A model generated the notes under the pieces. It made no database searches. It was not told the DNA's origin and worked only from the letters and a program-made list of their open reading frames with translations. DNA of 64,000 nucleotides from Armatimonadota bacterium (GTDB taxonomy: Bacteria > Armatimonadota > UBA5829 > DTLH01): contig JBDKSP010000023.1 in NCBI GenBank assembly GCA_039680575.1, forward strand, positions 35,311 through 99,310. The letters run 5' to 3'. Of this stretch, positions 24,025 to 34,285 are shown one piece after another. Position numbers and translations under genes: made by a program. Each line of letters starts with the position of its first letter. The stretch's first letter is position 1.

Positions 24025-25311
24025 TCAAGAAGTGCTGGACTGTATCTCTTTCTCAACCTCGAACCTCGGACGTCCATACTTGACCCTTGAGAATTCGACT
24101 ATCTCTCTCCTTAACGATTGCACAGCTGCTGGTGGCGGTAAAGTCCTGGCGCTGAACGGCTTGGAGGTTGTGCCATCTATCATCAGCTTAAGGTAGATGC
24201 AATATCTTGGAAGGTTGATAAGGTCATTGGCATCAAAAGCTGGACGGAACTCCTTAGTCAAAAAAGGAGCATCTTCTGCTCCAACACGAAAAGAGATAAC
24301 TGTTCCGACATTACCGAAGATGGCAGACCTTACCTTTTCATCAAGCTGCGCTATGTATTGATGTGCCAGGACCAGGTCCAGACCATATTTACGTGACTCA
24401 GAGAGAATATCAGCAAAAGCCGGAGTAAGATAGTTATGCACCTCATCAACATAAAGGTGAAAAGGCTTTCTTTTTTCTTCCGGTATATCAGCTCTGCCTA
24501 TAGCAGAAAGCATTATCTTACTTACAAGCAAAGTGCCAAACAGTGAGCTGGTATCTTCACCAATCCTGCCTTTCGAGAGGTTTGCTATCAGTATCTTTCC
24601 TTCATCCATTACCCTGCGGAGATTAAAGGAGCTTTCACTCTGGCCGAGTATATAGCGGATGTAAGGGCTTGCCACAAGCTGCCCTGTTTTGTTGAGTATT
24701 GGTGAAATAGTCTCAGAGCTTTTAGCAGCTCCAGGCTTACCCGCCTGAAGTTTCCAGAAGTCTAAAATGTGCCTGTCTTTAATGTCTTTTAGAACAATTT
24801 CTCTAAAGGACAAGTCCGTAAGGATCCGAGGCAGGTCCAAAAGAGTGCTTCCAGGATGTTCAAGGAGAGTAAGCAACGAAAAACGGAGTATATGCTCAAG
24901 TCTCGGTCCCCAGTAGTCCGGCCAGACCTTCTTGAAGATGGAGATGAGGTCAGATGCAATCAGGTAACGCTGCTTAGCATTTACTTCCTCCAGCGGGTTA
25001 AATGCAATCGGATATTCAAGGTCAGAAGGGTTAAAAAAGATAATGTCTTCCATCCGGTCTTCAGGAACATAGTTCAAAATATCTTCAGCCAGGTCTCCGT
25101 GAGGGTCAATGAGTGCAAGTCCTTCACCCCTTTTTATGTCCGAGACCAGCATGTTCTTTAAGAGCGTAGATTTACCAGTGCCGGTCTTACCGATCACATA
25201 CATATGGTTTCGGCGATCCCTTTTTCTGATGCCAAAAACATCCCTTCGATCTCTAAAGTCTGTTACGGCAAAGGTGGTGACCTGATTCTCATCATCATTG
25301 TTTGTCCTCAT
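24025..25311 (-). CDS. VirD4/TraD/HerA-like P-loop ATPase (type IV coupling-protein-like)
   Basis: GKTGTGKS, IDPHGD, LYVDE, SESRKY, AHQ. Confidence 0.85.
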   Translation of the reverse strand: MRTNNDDENQVTTFAVTDFRDRRDVFGIRKRDRRNHMYVIGKTGTGKSTLLKNMLVSDIKRGEGLALIDPHGDLAEDILNYVPEDRMEDIIFFNPSDLEYPIAFNPLEEVNAKQRYLIASDLISIFKKVWPDYWGPRLEHILRFSLLTLLEHPGSTLLDLPRILTDLSFREIVLKDIKDRHILDFWKLQAGKPGAAKSSETISPILNKTGQLVASPYIRYILGQSESSFNLRRVMDEGKILIANLSKGRIGEDTSSLFGTLLVSKIMLSAIGRADIPEEKRKPFHLYVDEVHNYLTPAFADILSESRKYGLDLVLAHQYIAQLDEKVRSAIFGNVGTVISFRVGAEDAPFLTKEFRPAFDANDLINLPRYCIYLKLMIDGTTSKPFSARTLPPPAAVQSLRREIVEFSRVKYGRPRFEVEKEIQSSTS

Positions 25312-25453
25312 AAAACCACGATAACAATCCCCATTGACACATAAAGCAGTGATATGTTGCCGACCGAAGCAAATATCTCTGCCTTTCTTGGATATTTAAA
25401 TCAGCTATTTTAAGTTCAGGTCTTTAGCAAAAATGCAAAAGGAGGGGCACATA

Positions 25454-25705
25454 ATGCCTGATAGTAAAAGACTGAACGCTGAATACTTCAAGGAGCCAGG
25501 ATCGCTAATCTATGAGTTCGCTGCATATCTTGCAGGAAATCGTATCGGTCATGGCACAAGCCTGGCTTTCTACTGCAAAGAAGACCTTATGCAAGCTGTA
25601 GAGAAGTTCAAGGCAGGTTCTGAAGAGAAGGAAGAGATTACTTCCTGGATAGACACATTGCTCTTTGATGAAAACAACCGTATCGCGTTTTCATTCGTCT
25701 GGTAG
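25454..25705 (+). CDS. Hypothetical protein
   Basis: AGGAGG upstream of ATG 25454. Confidence 0.5.
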   Translation: MPDSKRLNAEYFKEPGSLIYEFAAYLAGNRIGHGTSLAFYCKEDLMQAVEKFKAGSEEKEEITSWIDTLLFDENNRIAFSFVW

Positions 25706-25990
25706 GAGGTGAAGAGATGTCACGCTGGACAATATGTTTTAATGCTGTAGTGATCGTCAGCGTAGAAGCTGACAGGGTAGATCAGGCTCTGATCAGGGCT
25801 GTGAGAACGCTGTGTATCCTCGGACTCCTTACTGAAGTTATATGCCGCTTTCCCTGCATCATTATTGTTATCAAAGATATGCAGACAAATACGGTAGACA
25901 GTGAGTGACGGAAAGACAGGCGTTCCGTTCTTCATTTAAACAAAGGCCACTTATTATTGAGTGGCCTGACATTTATAGGTTGGAGGGTAG

Positions 25991-26656
25991 ATGAATGGTT
26001 ACTGGTATGAACGAGAAGATATAAGAGAGAAGCTGGTCCTTTTTGGTCGTGCCATACAAGGCCCAGGACCCTATGAAGTAGTCATCGAGCCGGACCAGGA
26101 TAAATGCCACAGTGCTTGCTGCAGCTTTGAGTCAAAAAGGATAACTGTAAACCCGACCATCTTTAATGTCTCACCGAAGGAGCAGTATCTACTCACTAAA
26201 GCTGCACTTGTCCATGAAGCCGGACATCGCAGATACACCACACCGACGCCACTTCCATCCATCATCTCTGAGATATTCAACATACTTGAAGACGAAAGAG
26301 TAGAAAACCGGATGTGGGAGGAGTTTATCGGATTAAGATGGCTCATCAAAAGACTGGCTGCAAGGTTCTATGAAGAAGCAGAACCGGTTAACAAAGCCTC
26401 TGATATGCCGCATGCTGTGGTCTCTTACTTCCTTCAGCTGAGATGGGCTAAAAGAATAGGTAAACCAGTCAAGGGTGGCCTTTCATCCAGAAATGCAGCT
26501 CTTTGGGAGAAGATAGAGCCGCTTGTATATGAGTCCTGGCAGGCAGAAAGTTCGGAATCAGTAACCAGAAATACAGCAAAGATTGCCGAGATTCTCTCCT
26601 TCAACGAAATCATCATATCGAATAGAAATAATAGTAATAGAAATGGAGGTGTATGA
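25991..26656 (+). CDS. HExxH putative metallopeptidase domain protein (CobT/VWA N-terminal-like), no VWA domain
   Basis: LVHEAGH and FNILEDERVE. Confidence 0.6.
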   Translation: MNGYWYEREDIREKLVLFGRAIQGPGPYEVVIEPDQDKCHSACCSFESKRITVNPTIFNVSPKEQYLLTKAALVHEAGHRRYTTPTPLPSIISEIFNILEDERVENRMWEEFIGLRWLIKRLAARFYEEAEPVNKASDMPHAVVSYFLQLRWAKRIGKPVKGGLSSRNAALWEKIEPLVYESWQAESSESVTRNTAKIAEILSFNEIIISNRNNSNRNGGV

Positions 26657-27477
26657 AACTAAGATCACCAATTCCGTGGTTCGGTGGCAAGCAATTAATG
26701 TCAGGAAAGCTCTTGCCGCTCTTTCCAGAGCATAAAACCTATGTAGAAGCTTTTGGCGGAGCCTGTTCACTCCTGTTTGCCAAGGAGCCAAGTCCTGTTG
26801 AGGTATATAACGACCTTGACTCCGATCTGGTCAATTTTATGCGTGTGCTAAGAGATAAAGAGATGTTCCCGGACTTCTACAACAGAGCCTGCCTGAGTCC
26901 TTACAGTCGGGAAGAATGGCAATTCTGTAAAGAACATTTAAATGATGACCCAAATCCAGTAGAAAGAGCCAGACGCTTCTTTGTTCTTGCCAGGTTTTCA
27001 TTCAGCGGACTTGTCGGGAATTCATTCGGCATTACTGTAACATCTTCTAAAGGAGGGATGGTGCAGAAGGCTTCAGCATATCATGGTGTCCTTAATACAC
27101 TTCCTCGTCTCAGCGAAAGAATGTCATCTGTGCTGATAGAAAATAAGGACTTCCGCAAAATAATAGCGGCTTATGATTCCGACGAGACTTTCTTTTACCT
27201 CGATCCGCCTTACCTGCCGGAAACCCGCAGAGGCGGCAGCTACAAATGTGAGATGACGACAGAAGATCACCACAATCTTGTTAAGATGCTGCAATCCATC
27301 AAAGGCAAAGTGATGCTCTCAGGCTATCCAAGCGAGCTATATGATTCACTCGGCTGGAAGAAACTTGAGTGGGAGGTTCCCTGCTGTGCTGTGGGCAGGA
27401 CGAAGGTCTCCGGACTGCAAGGGAAGGGCGCATTAGGCTCGCATAAACGAACCGAGTGCGTTTGGATAAACTACTAA
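26653..27477 (+). CDS. Orphan D12-class N6-adenine DNA methyltransferase
   Basis: WFGGK, YVEAFGG, ND, YLDPPY. Confidence 0.9.
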   Translation: MKLRSPIPWFGGKQLMSGKLLPLFPEHKTYVEAFGGACSLLFAKEPSPVEVYNDLDSDLVNFMRVLRDKEMFPDFYNRACLSPYSREEWQFCKEHLNDDPNPVERARRFFVLARFSFSGLVGNSFGITVTSSKGGMVQKASAYHGVLNTLPRLSERMSSVLIENKDFRKIIAAYDSDETFFYLDPPYLPETRRGGSYKCEMTTEDHHNLVKMLQSIKGKVMLSGYPSELYDSLGWKKLEWEVPCCAVGRTKVSGLQGKGALGSHKRTECVWINY

Positions 27478-27608
27478 GTCTCTATGAAGGTGTGTTTCTA
27501 CTGAGGTATTGACCAGCGTCTGGGGTAATGATACATGTACGTACGCTTAAAAATCCCCTTTATCATTAACCCCGTTCTCCTTAATGAGAACAGATCAATG
27601 GAGCCCTC

Positions 27609-27945
27609 TATGAAGTGCCTCTTATACATTCGCTTTCCAATACATAAAGGCTTGCCTCAGTACAGAACCTTCGATACTTGTCTTGTCGTGTCAAGAAACT
27701 ACGCCAAAGAGAAAGGCTGGAATATCGTAGACCGGATTGTTGATATAGACGACTTTTCCAGCCGTAACATTAAGACTAAAATCAAGAACCTGCATAGCTA
27801 TCTGGAGAAGAAACATCCCCGCATTGATATGGTCATAATGGCAACATCTGATATACCACGCTTCACCGACTTTGCCTTACTGAAAAGAATCCTATCGAAA
27901 AGTAATATTGAGCTTACTATGTTAATTGCACCAGATTATAAATAG
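27609..27945 (+). CDS. Degenerate serine-resolvase catalytic-domain-like protein
   Basis: MKCLLYIR...YAKEKGWNIV..IVD pattern; the catalytic Ser motif is not recognisable. Confidence 0.45.
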
Positions 27946-28011
27946 GCGCTATGTGTGTCTGGGTGCGTTGGAAGGGAAAAGACGTGGACTAATGTGTGCA
28001 GTTAATCATCT

Positions 28012-28380
28012 TTATTCTGCTGTATCTTCCCTCAGTGAGACAATCAAGTCCACCATACATCGGATCTGTTCGGTCAGGAGTTCTTCCTCTTTTTCTGTAA
28101 GGCGTTCAAACTCCCTGGCTACTGCCTCTACTCTGTCGGTATGGGTAAATGTCCGGCCCATAGTAACAAGTGCGCCAACATCAACCTGAAGTGCTTCAGC
28201 CAGACGTGATAATGCCGGAAGTGAAGGAGCATTCATCGCTACTTCCAGCCGTGCAACATAGTTTGTGCTTAAACCGGCGCGGTCTGCAAGCTCTTCCTGT
28301 GTTATATCTAATGCCTTCCGTCTATTGCTGATGTTCCTTGCAACGGAAGCAAGCAATCCTTCTAATCTCTGCCTTTTCAT
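28012..28380 (-). CDS. XRE-family HTH regulator
   Basis: ITQEELADRAGLSTNYVARLE...PS. Confidence 0.85.
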   Translation of the reverse strand: MKRQRLEGLLASVARNISNRRKALDITQEELADRAGLSTNYVARLEVAMNAPSLPALSRLAEALQVDVGALVTMGRTFTHTDRVEAVAREFERLTEKEEELLTEQIRCMVDLIVSLREDTAE

Positions 28381-28510
28381 CACCTGTAGTTTAAACTTCA
28401 ACAATCCCACCCTCAATTGAGTAAAATGATAGCAATATTGACTAAAAAGATAAGTCATGAATACCATGTATCTTAGTGGTCGGATGCTTCAGTCAAAGGA
28501 GGAGTCAATT

Positions 28511-29302
28511 ATGAAGTTGAAAATGAAGGGAAGACACTATCGTTTCAAGCAAGCAGGAGGATTTATTCTGGCAGCCACAGCAATTCTACTCATTGTCCTG
28601 CTGCAAGGCTGTGGCGGTGGAGGAGGGGGATCAAGCAGTGGAAAGGGATCCATTGAAGGAAAAGTCCGAAACAGTGAGGGTACAGCTCTACCTCATGCAA
28701 CCGTAACTGCCGGTGGAAAAAACGCAACAACAGACAATGATGGAAACTTTACAATTAACGATGTATCAGCAGGCACACAGACAGTTTCAGCATCACTTGC
28801 TGGATACTTTAATGATGGCAGAGGTAGTGCTTCCGTTCAGGTAGTTGATAAGAACACCACCAGTGGTTCCTCACTGATTCTGGTGCCTACATCGAACGGA
28901 GAAGTGTTTATCTGGCATCTAGCGGCGAGTAGTTCAGATTATGACAGTAATCCGCAGCAGAAGCAGCTTGGCGGTACGATTTACTATGATAGTCTGTTCC
29001 GCAATGGAGGTTGGATATTTGATGACTATCTGGAAGCGATCTACTCACTTGGACGCCGGTATTCGAGGTTCAAAGCTACGATAGGTGTAGCGGATGACGA
29101 GTCTGACCTGACTTCACATCTTGTCTTTAAGGTGATAGGTGACGGCAATACCCTTTACCAGTCAGAGCCTTTGAAGGTTGGAATGATCGATAATGTTGAT
29201 GTCGATGTCTCCAATGTCTTAACCCTGCAACTCCAGGTATATTGTGTGGATGATGAAAAACCAGCTGCTGTCTGGGGGAATGCTCGATTGTCGTTGAAGT
29301 AA
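28511..29302 (+). CDS. Lipoprotein with carboxypeptidase-regulatory-like and NPCBM/NEW2 domains
   Basis: LQGC lipobox plus Gly linker; TTDNDGNFTI; FKATIGVAD...F.V.GDG...VWGNARL. Confidence 0.75.
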   Translation: MKLKMKGRHYRFKQAGGFILAATAILLIVLLQGCGGGGGGSSSGKGSIEGKVRNSEGTALPHATVTAGGKNATTDNDGNFTINDVSAGTQTVSASLAGYFNDGRGSASVQVVDKNTTSGSSLILVPTSNGEVFIWHLAASSSDYDSNPQQKQLGGTIYYDSLFRNGGWIFDDYLEAIYSLGRRYSRFKATIGVADDESDLTSHLVFKVIGDGNTLYQSEPLKVGMIDNVDVDVSNVLTLQLQVYCVDDEKPAAVWGNARLSLK

Positions 29303-29312
29303 GTTAGTTAAT

Positions 29313-29352
29313 AGGAATGGGGTGAAGTTATGCTCCATTCCTGTTTTTGTTT
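29313..29352 (+). terminator. Rho-independent terminator
   Basis: AGGAATGG/CCATTCCT stem followed by a T-tract. Confidence 0.65.
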
Positions 29353-29537
29353 CAGGTAAGTGACAACTGACAGTTCCGCTTCATTGACGTGTCTAGTGCC
29401 TGCTAGCTATACTTTAGGTAAAGTTTCAATAGTGGGGGTGATAATAGAAAATTAACCTGCAATCCATGGGATGTGTACTGCTTTACCAGAATGGTGTACA
29501 CGACAGAATTTGAATCCAGGAGATAAGAGCAATTACT

Positions 29538-32500
29538 ATGAGATTGATGAAAGCAGTATTGATTTGCAGTTTAATGGTAGCAATGGTGCTACTCGCGGTG
29601 GGGGCCTATGCAGTAGAACCAACGTGGACGACCAGACCTGGAACAATCAGGCATGCTTTGGAGCAGACTGATGGGACTTCCGTATATCTAGACGCAGTAA
29701 GAATCAGAAAAAACAGGCCAAGCGATAACCCAGCTTATTATGTTGTTGGTGAATGCTATAAATGTGAATCTACAATTATCGTACTTGCCTCTCTGCCTGA
29801 AGGTTTTCAAATAGATCAAACAGTAGATGTAGAAGGAACCCTTACTACGCTCGACAATGGTTATAGAGCAGTAACCAATGTAACTATTTATGCGTATCTC
29901 GACCGCGACGGAAATATGCTCTACCATGGTCCTCTCGTAAAGGGGGTACTATCACCCACGCAATGGGAGTGGAAGCAGGCTTTTGCTTCATCAACTACAT
30001 CATCGTCATCTATGAATAGTATGTCTGCAATGGCAGAGAACGAATCATCAAGTAATGAGCCTGATCCGTCGCCGCTAGCAGCATCTACTTATTATTCAAC
30101 AATAGCAGCAGTTAAATCTCAACCGGATGATACGTTCGTGGAGTTGCAGTGTCATCCAATCCAGTCAGTATCTACTGGTTATTTCATTATGTCCGAGGAT
30201 GGTACATCGGATACGATCAAGGTTTATTATTCAAACCCAGCTGTTGCAACATCAAGAGTAAACAAGATCACTGGGACAATGAAGACTGAATCGGGGCAGC
30301 GCGTACTGTGTGTAGATAGCGGTCCAGGATTTGATCCTGCTGTCAATCAGATTGGTAATGCATTTATAGTTTCAAGCGGTACAATAGCTTGGGCAATGAC
30401 CTTCCCAGATGGTATCACTCTTCCTACCGATGGTAGGTCCCATGCTCTCGTTGGCAAGTTAGTTTCCTGGTGCGATGGTAGTGTTCTAAACATACAGGAA
30501 CCTGGTGGATACATGGGAATCATGGTTAATCCCAGTACTTTACCGCCAGATAGCCAAAACTACACTGTTGATATAGATGGAATCATATATTCTGATGCCA
30601 ATACAGGTGAACGTTTTATCTCTGGAACAACTACATACACGGTGACTAGCCAGAGTGTAAAATCTGTGGGTATGAATGGCAAGTCCATCGGTGGTAGTGA
30701 TTTTAATGTTTATACTACAAGTGTTGGTCAAAGTGTCGGACTATACAATATTGGAACCTATGTTCGTGTTTGGGGTCGAGTAACGGATTCATATCCTCAA
30801 TATGGCTATTTTTACATTGATGATGGTAGTCATCGAACTGATGGAACACTTGACGCTAATGGACAACCAAGAGTTGGCATCTGTGTGGCTTGTTACCACA
30901 ATGTAATTCCTGCTGTTGGTTCGTATGCAATAGTCAATGGCGTATTAGGTAAATTTACAGATGGTACAAATATTGGCGTTGCAGTGTGGTCCTATCTTCC
31001 TTCTGATATAAGCTTCGATGGTGCTCCATCTCCGGTCGGTTTGAGCGCTGATGGATACAATGGCAAAGTGTTGCTTTCTTGGACGAGTATTATCGGTGGT
31101 AGTGTAACTGTATATCGAAGTGACTCAGAAACGGGACAGTATGTTGCTATAGGGCAAGGTGACGAGACTGGTTATACCGATGCAACGGTCACAAATGGTA
31201 CAACATATTGGTATAAGGTTGCTGCACACGGGCCATCAGGTGACGGATCACTATCAACTGCTGTTTCAGCGACTCCTAATGCGTCATTTCCGATTGTCAC
31301 AATATCTGGACACACGATGGCCGATGATGGTCTAGTGACACTTAACGTAGTTGGGTATGCATGCGCAGGGGGTACGGCGCCAACTGTATATAGCCTTTAT
31401 GTTGATGGTGAGTCCGTATGGGATTTTACTCCTGCCGAGGCGTCTTCAATAAAATACGATACGACACAGCTTCCGAATGGTACACATACTATAGAAATAA
31501 AAGGAGTAGGGACAGATAGCGCTGGTAACAACGCAATAGGATCCGATAAGTGGACGTTTGTTGTAAACAACTATATATCTGAGTTCAATGTTCCTGATGA
31601 CATGTGCGGAATGCAACCGATTTCTGCTAAGTTTCCAACTGATACGAGTTGGACACTGACCGTTGTAAAGAATAACTCGACACTATACTCAACCAGTGGG
31701 TATGGAAATTCTATGCAGGTAGCTTGGGATGCAGGAAATACCTATGGTGATTTTCAGGTAGCCTTGGCAGCTGGAGGGAAAACACGAACTGTAAAGAGCA
31801 GAAAAGATAATAGTAGTTCAGGTGGATCATATTATTCATGGGCATCAGTCTATGTAAAGGATAGTGATCCAGGGTATCAGGGTAATTTCCAGTATATGCA
31901 TCAGGCCGCTTGTTATGCACTTCAATCCAAATATGGAGTATCTTTATATTCGGGCATGCTTAGTGATGATAATGATTGGCAGGATATTGTAATAGACTCA
32001 GTATTGAATGGAGATATTCCTGCAAATAATCTTGTCATATCTGGACACGGAATGGCAGGTGTAACAAGCCAGAAAAACCCAATGTGGCAGGGCGTGGTAG
32101 CAGGTAAGTTTCCTGGCAGCAGCTATGTAGCTGGCTCTGGCCTTACTGCTTTTTTTGATATATCACCATACCTTCGCCTGCCTGGGCACTATACGCCTGT
32201 TGGCCCAGCGATAGGCAATACGGTGGAATGGGATAACGATAGCGGGCGTCCAATGAACTGGAATTCTACACGACGATTAAGATTCGTATATATTGGCGCC
32301 TGCAGAGCAGGCCAAGGAGTATTCAGCCTTGCTTTTGGAACACCAAGGGGTAGGTATCCTGGTAGAGGGAGAGCCTTCCTATCATTTAAAGATGAAGTTC
32401 CTGGTGGTTATGCCCAGATGTTCTCAGAAAGATTCTGGTCAGCATGGAGTAACTCTGGTGTTACTGTAGCACAAGCTGCCACACAGGCTTACTGGTATGT

Positions 32501-32567
32501 TAGGAATCAGACAGGGTATAAAGTCAACTACGTTCTTCACGGAGATCCGAATCTTCTGATACAATAG
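29538..32567 (+). CDS. Large secreted multidomain protein (OB-like repeats, FN3, Ig-like, C-terminal putative caspase/gingipain-fold domain)
   Basis: Signal peptide; VRVWGRVT..FYIDDGS; YTDATVTNGTTYWYKV; C-terminal SGHG...GAC...HGDP. Confidence 0.65.
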   Translation: MRLMKAVLICSLMVAMVLLAVGAYAVEPTWTTRPGTIRHALEQTDGTSVYLDAVRIRKNRPSDNPAYYVVGECYKCESTIIVLASLPEGFQIDQTVDVEGTLTTLDNGYRAVTNVTIYAYLDRDGNMLYHGPLVKGVLSPTQWEWKQAFASSTTSSSSMNSMSAMAENESSSNEPDPSPLAASTYYSTIAAVKSQPDDTFVELQCHPIQSVSTGYFIMSEDGTSDTIKVYYSNPAVATSRVNKITGTMKTESGQRVLCVDSGPGFDPAVNQIGNAFIVSSGTIAWAMTFPDGITLPTDGRSHALVGKLVSWCDGSVLNIQEPGGYMGIMVNPSTLPPDSQNYTVDIDGIIYSDANTGERFISGTTTYTVTSQSVKSVGMNGKSIGGSDFNVYTTSVGQSVGLYNIGTYVRVWGRVTDSYPQYGYFYIDDGSHRTDGTLDANGQPRVGICVACYHNVIPAVGSYAIVNGVLGKFTDGTNIGVAVWSYLPSDISFDGAPSPVGLSADGYNGKVLLSWTSIIGGSVTVYRSDSETGQYVAIGQGDETGYTDATVTNGTTYWYKVAAHGPSGDGSLSTAVSATPNASFPIVTISGHTMADDGLVTLNVVGYACAGGTAPTVYSLYVDGESVWDFTPAEASSIKYDTTQLPNGTHTIEIKGVGTDSAGNNAIGSDKWTFVVNNYISEFNVPDDMCGMQPISAKFPTDTSWTLTVVKNNSTLYSTSGYGNSMQVAWDAGNTYGDFQVALAAGGKTRTVKSRKDNSSSGGSYYSWASVYVKDSDPGYQGNFQYMHQAACYALQSKYGVSLYSGMLSDDNDWQDIVIDSVLNGDIPANNLVISGHGMAGVTSQKNPMWQGVVAGKFPGSSYVAGSGLTAFFDISPYLRLPGHYTPVGPAIGNTVEWDNDSGRPMNWNSTRRLRFVYIGACRAGQGVFSLAFGTPRGRYPGRGRAFLSFKDEVPGGYAQMFSERFWSAWSNSGVTVAQAATQAYWYVRNQTGYKVNYVLHGDPNLLIQ

Positions 32568-32635
32568 TTGCGTCTTTAATGTGGAGGTGATTTTATATTA
32601 CTCACCTCCACATATCTATCGTCAAGAGGCTGAAA

Positions 32636-33124
32636 ATGAAATCAATAATGGGCGTGATAATTATCATTGTTATTGGTGCTACTTTTGTTGGTTGTGCAAA
32701 ACAGAAAATAACTCCAGTAAAGGAACAGAAGAAAGATGAGGTGATGGTAGATCGGGATTATGTGTCTATTATAAAAAAAACAGCGGATCCTTATATCTTT
32801 AAAATAAGCATCATAAAAGTAAACAAGAAAGCCAGTACCCAAATCAGTGGTCTTCCCGCAGTAGTTGATCTGACTCTAACGGACAGCAAAGGCAAGATCT
32901 TTACTGCTGAAAAATGGCAAGATCAGAAATATGCTAAAGAAGTTGGCAATATATTTAGCACTTTAAGAAAACCTGGCTTGCAGACAGTTACAGGGAAATT
33001 ACGGCTAGTAAAGAATGATCTTCCACCTGGTAGGTATATAGTTAAGCCGCGAATCAGAATACAGGAAGTGTTTGCTTCGATAGACTACCCTGCGGGTAAC
33101 TCAGTAACGATTGAGGTCAAATAG
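32636..33124 (+). CDS. Lipoprotein with one copy of a ~130-150 aa repeated domain
   Basis: FVGC lipobox; DRDYV...PAGNSV domain. Confidence 0.65.
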   Translation: MKSIMGVIIIIVIGATFVGCAKQKITPVKEQKKDEVMVDRDYVSIIKKTADPYIFKISIIKVNKKASTQISGLPAVVDLTLTDSKGKIFTAEKWQDQKYAKEVGNIFSTLRKPGLQTVTGKLRLVKNDLPPGRYIVKPRIRIQEVFASIDYPAGNSVTIEVK

Positions 33125-33132
33125 GCAAAGTT

Positions 33133-34107
33133 ATGAGGCGACGTTCACTTGCTACTATTCTGATAGGCATTATTGTTGCGGTAGGTTTTGTAGCTTATTG
33201 GATAAGAGTGCATACCTTAGCTGCTGCTAGGAAAGACACTGTAGATCGTGACTTTGTGGCTACAATACAGAAGACCGAAGATCCTTACGAATTTGAGATA
33301 AGTATCAAAAAAACAAATAAACATGTGGACAAGAAGATAGGCGGTTTCGCTGTTGTTGCTGATCTGGCTTTAAGAGACAGCAAAGGACGAGTGTTTCCTG
33401 CTGAAGATGACGTAAACCTTAGTTATGCAGTAGAAATTGGCGAAACATTCGGCATAATCATGCCTCCCTACATGGACTCTCTTACCAGTAAGGTTCGCCT
33501 GATTCGGCGTGATCTTCCTCTGGGTGACTACATCATACAACCGCGCATTCGCATACTTGAAGACGGAAAGGACCGGCTTAGGGGTACACTCTATTGCGAT
33601 GGCGGGACTGTTGCTGTTCCTGCAGGTAACTCTGTAAAAGTAAAAGTGCAGCCACCTTGGATGGTAAAGCCGTTGGAAGACGCAAATGATGTGATTGACC
33701 CCGATTTTGCAGCTACTATAGCACCAACAAGTATGCCCAATGTTTTTTTGATTGAAGTCAAGCGCGTAAACAAGAACTCTGATAAGGCTATCAACAGCCA
33801 TCATGAAGTCTTTGTCGACTTCGATCTTGTGGACGAGAAAGGAAGACTTTATAAAGGAGACTTCCAGATAAGGACATTTGCAAAAGAAGTTAGCGATGAT
33901 TTCGCACCTAACGACGCATCACCATACCCAACCTCAAGAAAAGGTAAAGTACGGCTGATAACGACGAGTCTATCTACCGGAACTTATACGATCAAACCCA
34001 GTGTTCGGGTAGTGGAAGAAGGTAAAGATAGAGTTGAGAATCCACGGGCAGAAGCTGGCAGCGTAAAGGTTCCTGCAGCTAATTCGGTGAAGGTTACTAT
34101 TCCATAG
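33133..34107 (+). CDS. Membrane-anchored protein with two copies of the same domain
   Basis: DRDFV...PAGNSV and DPDFA...PAANSV. Confidence 0.7.
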   Translation: MRRRSLATILIGIIVAVGFVAYWIRVHTLAAARKDTVDRDFVATIQKTEDPYEFEISIKKTNKHVDKKIGGFAVVADLALRDSKGRVFPAEDDVNLSYAVEIGETFGIIMPPYMDSLTSKVRLIRRDLPLGDYIIQPRIRILEDGKDRLRGTLYCDGGTVAVPAGNSVKVKVQPPWMVKPLEDANDVIDPDFAATIAPTSMPNVFLIEVKRVNKNSDKAINSHHEVFVDFDLVDEKGRLYKGDFQIRTFAKEVSDDFAPNDASPYPTSRKGKVRLITTSLSTGTYTIKPSVRVVEEGKDRVENPRAEAGSVKVPAANSVKVTIP

Positions 34108-34285
34108 CGCATGGAAAGCCAAACCATTATCGTCTTATAGGCTCTTGTGTTGATAATGCGGCATTCTCTGATGGTATGCTTCGCAATTCCGCAGGGAATG
34201 GATAGCATGGACAGTCCCAAGTAGGCAAGAGTATCACACTGAAAACGGGATAAATATACATCTGTGATGCAAAGGGGGGTGTGGT

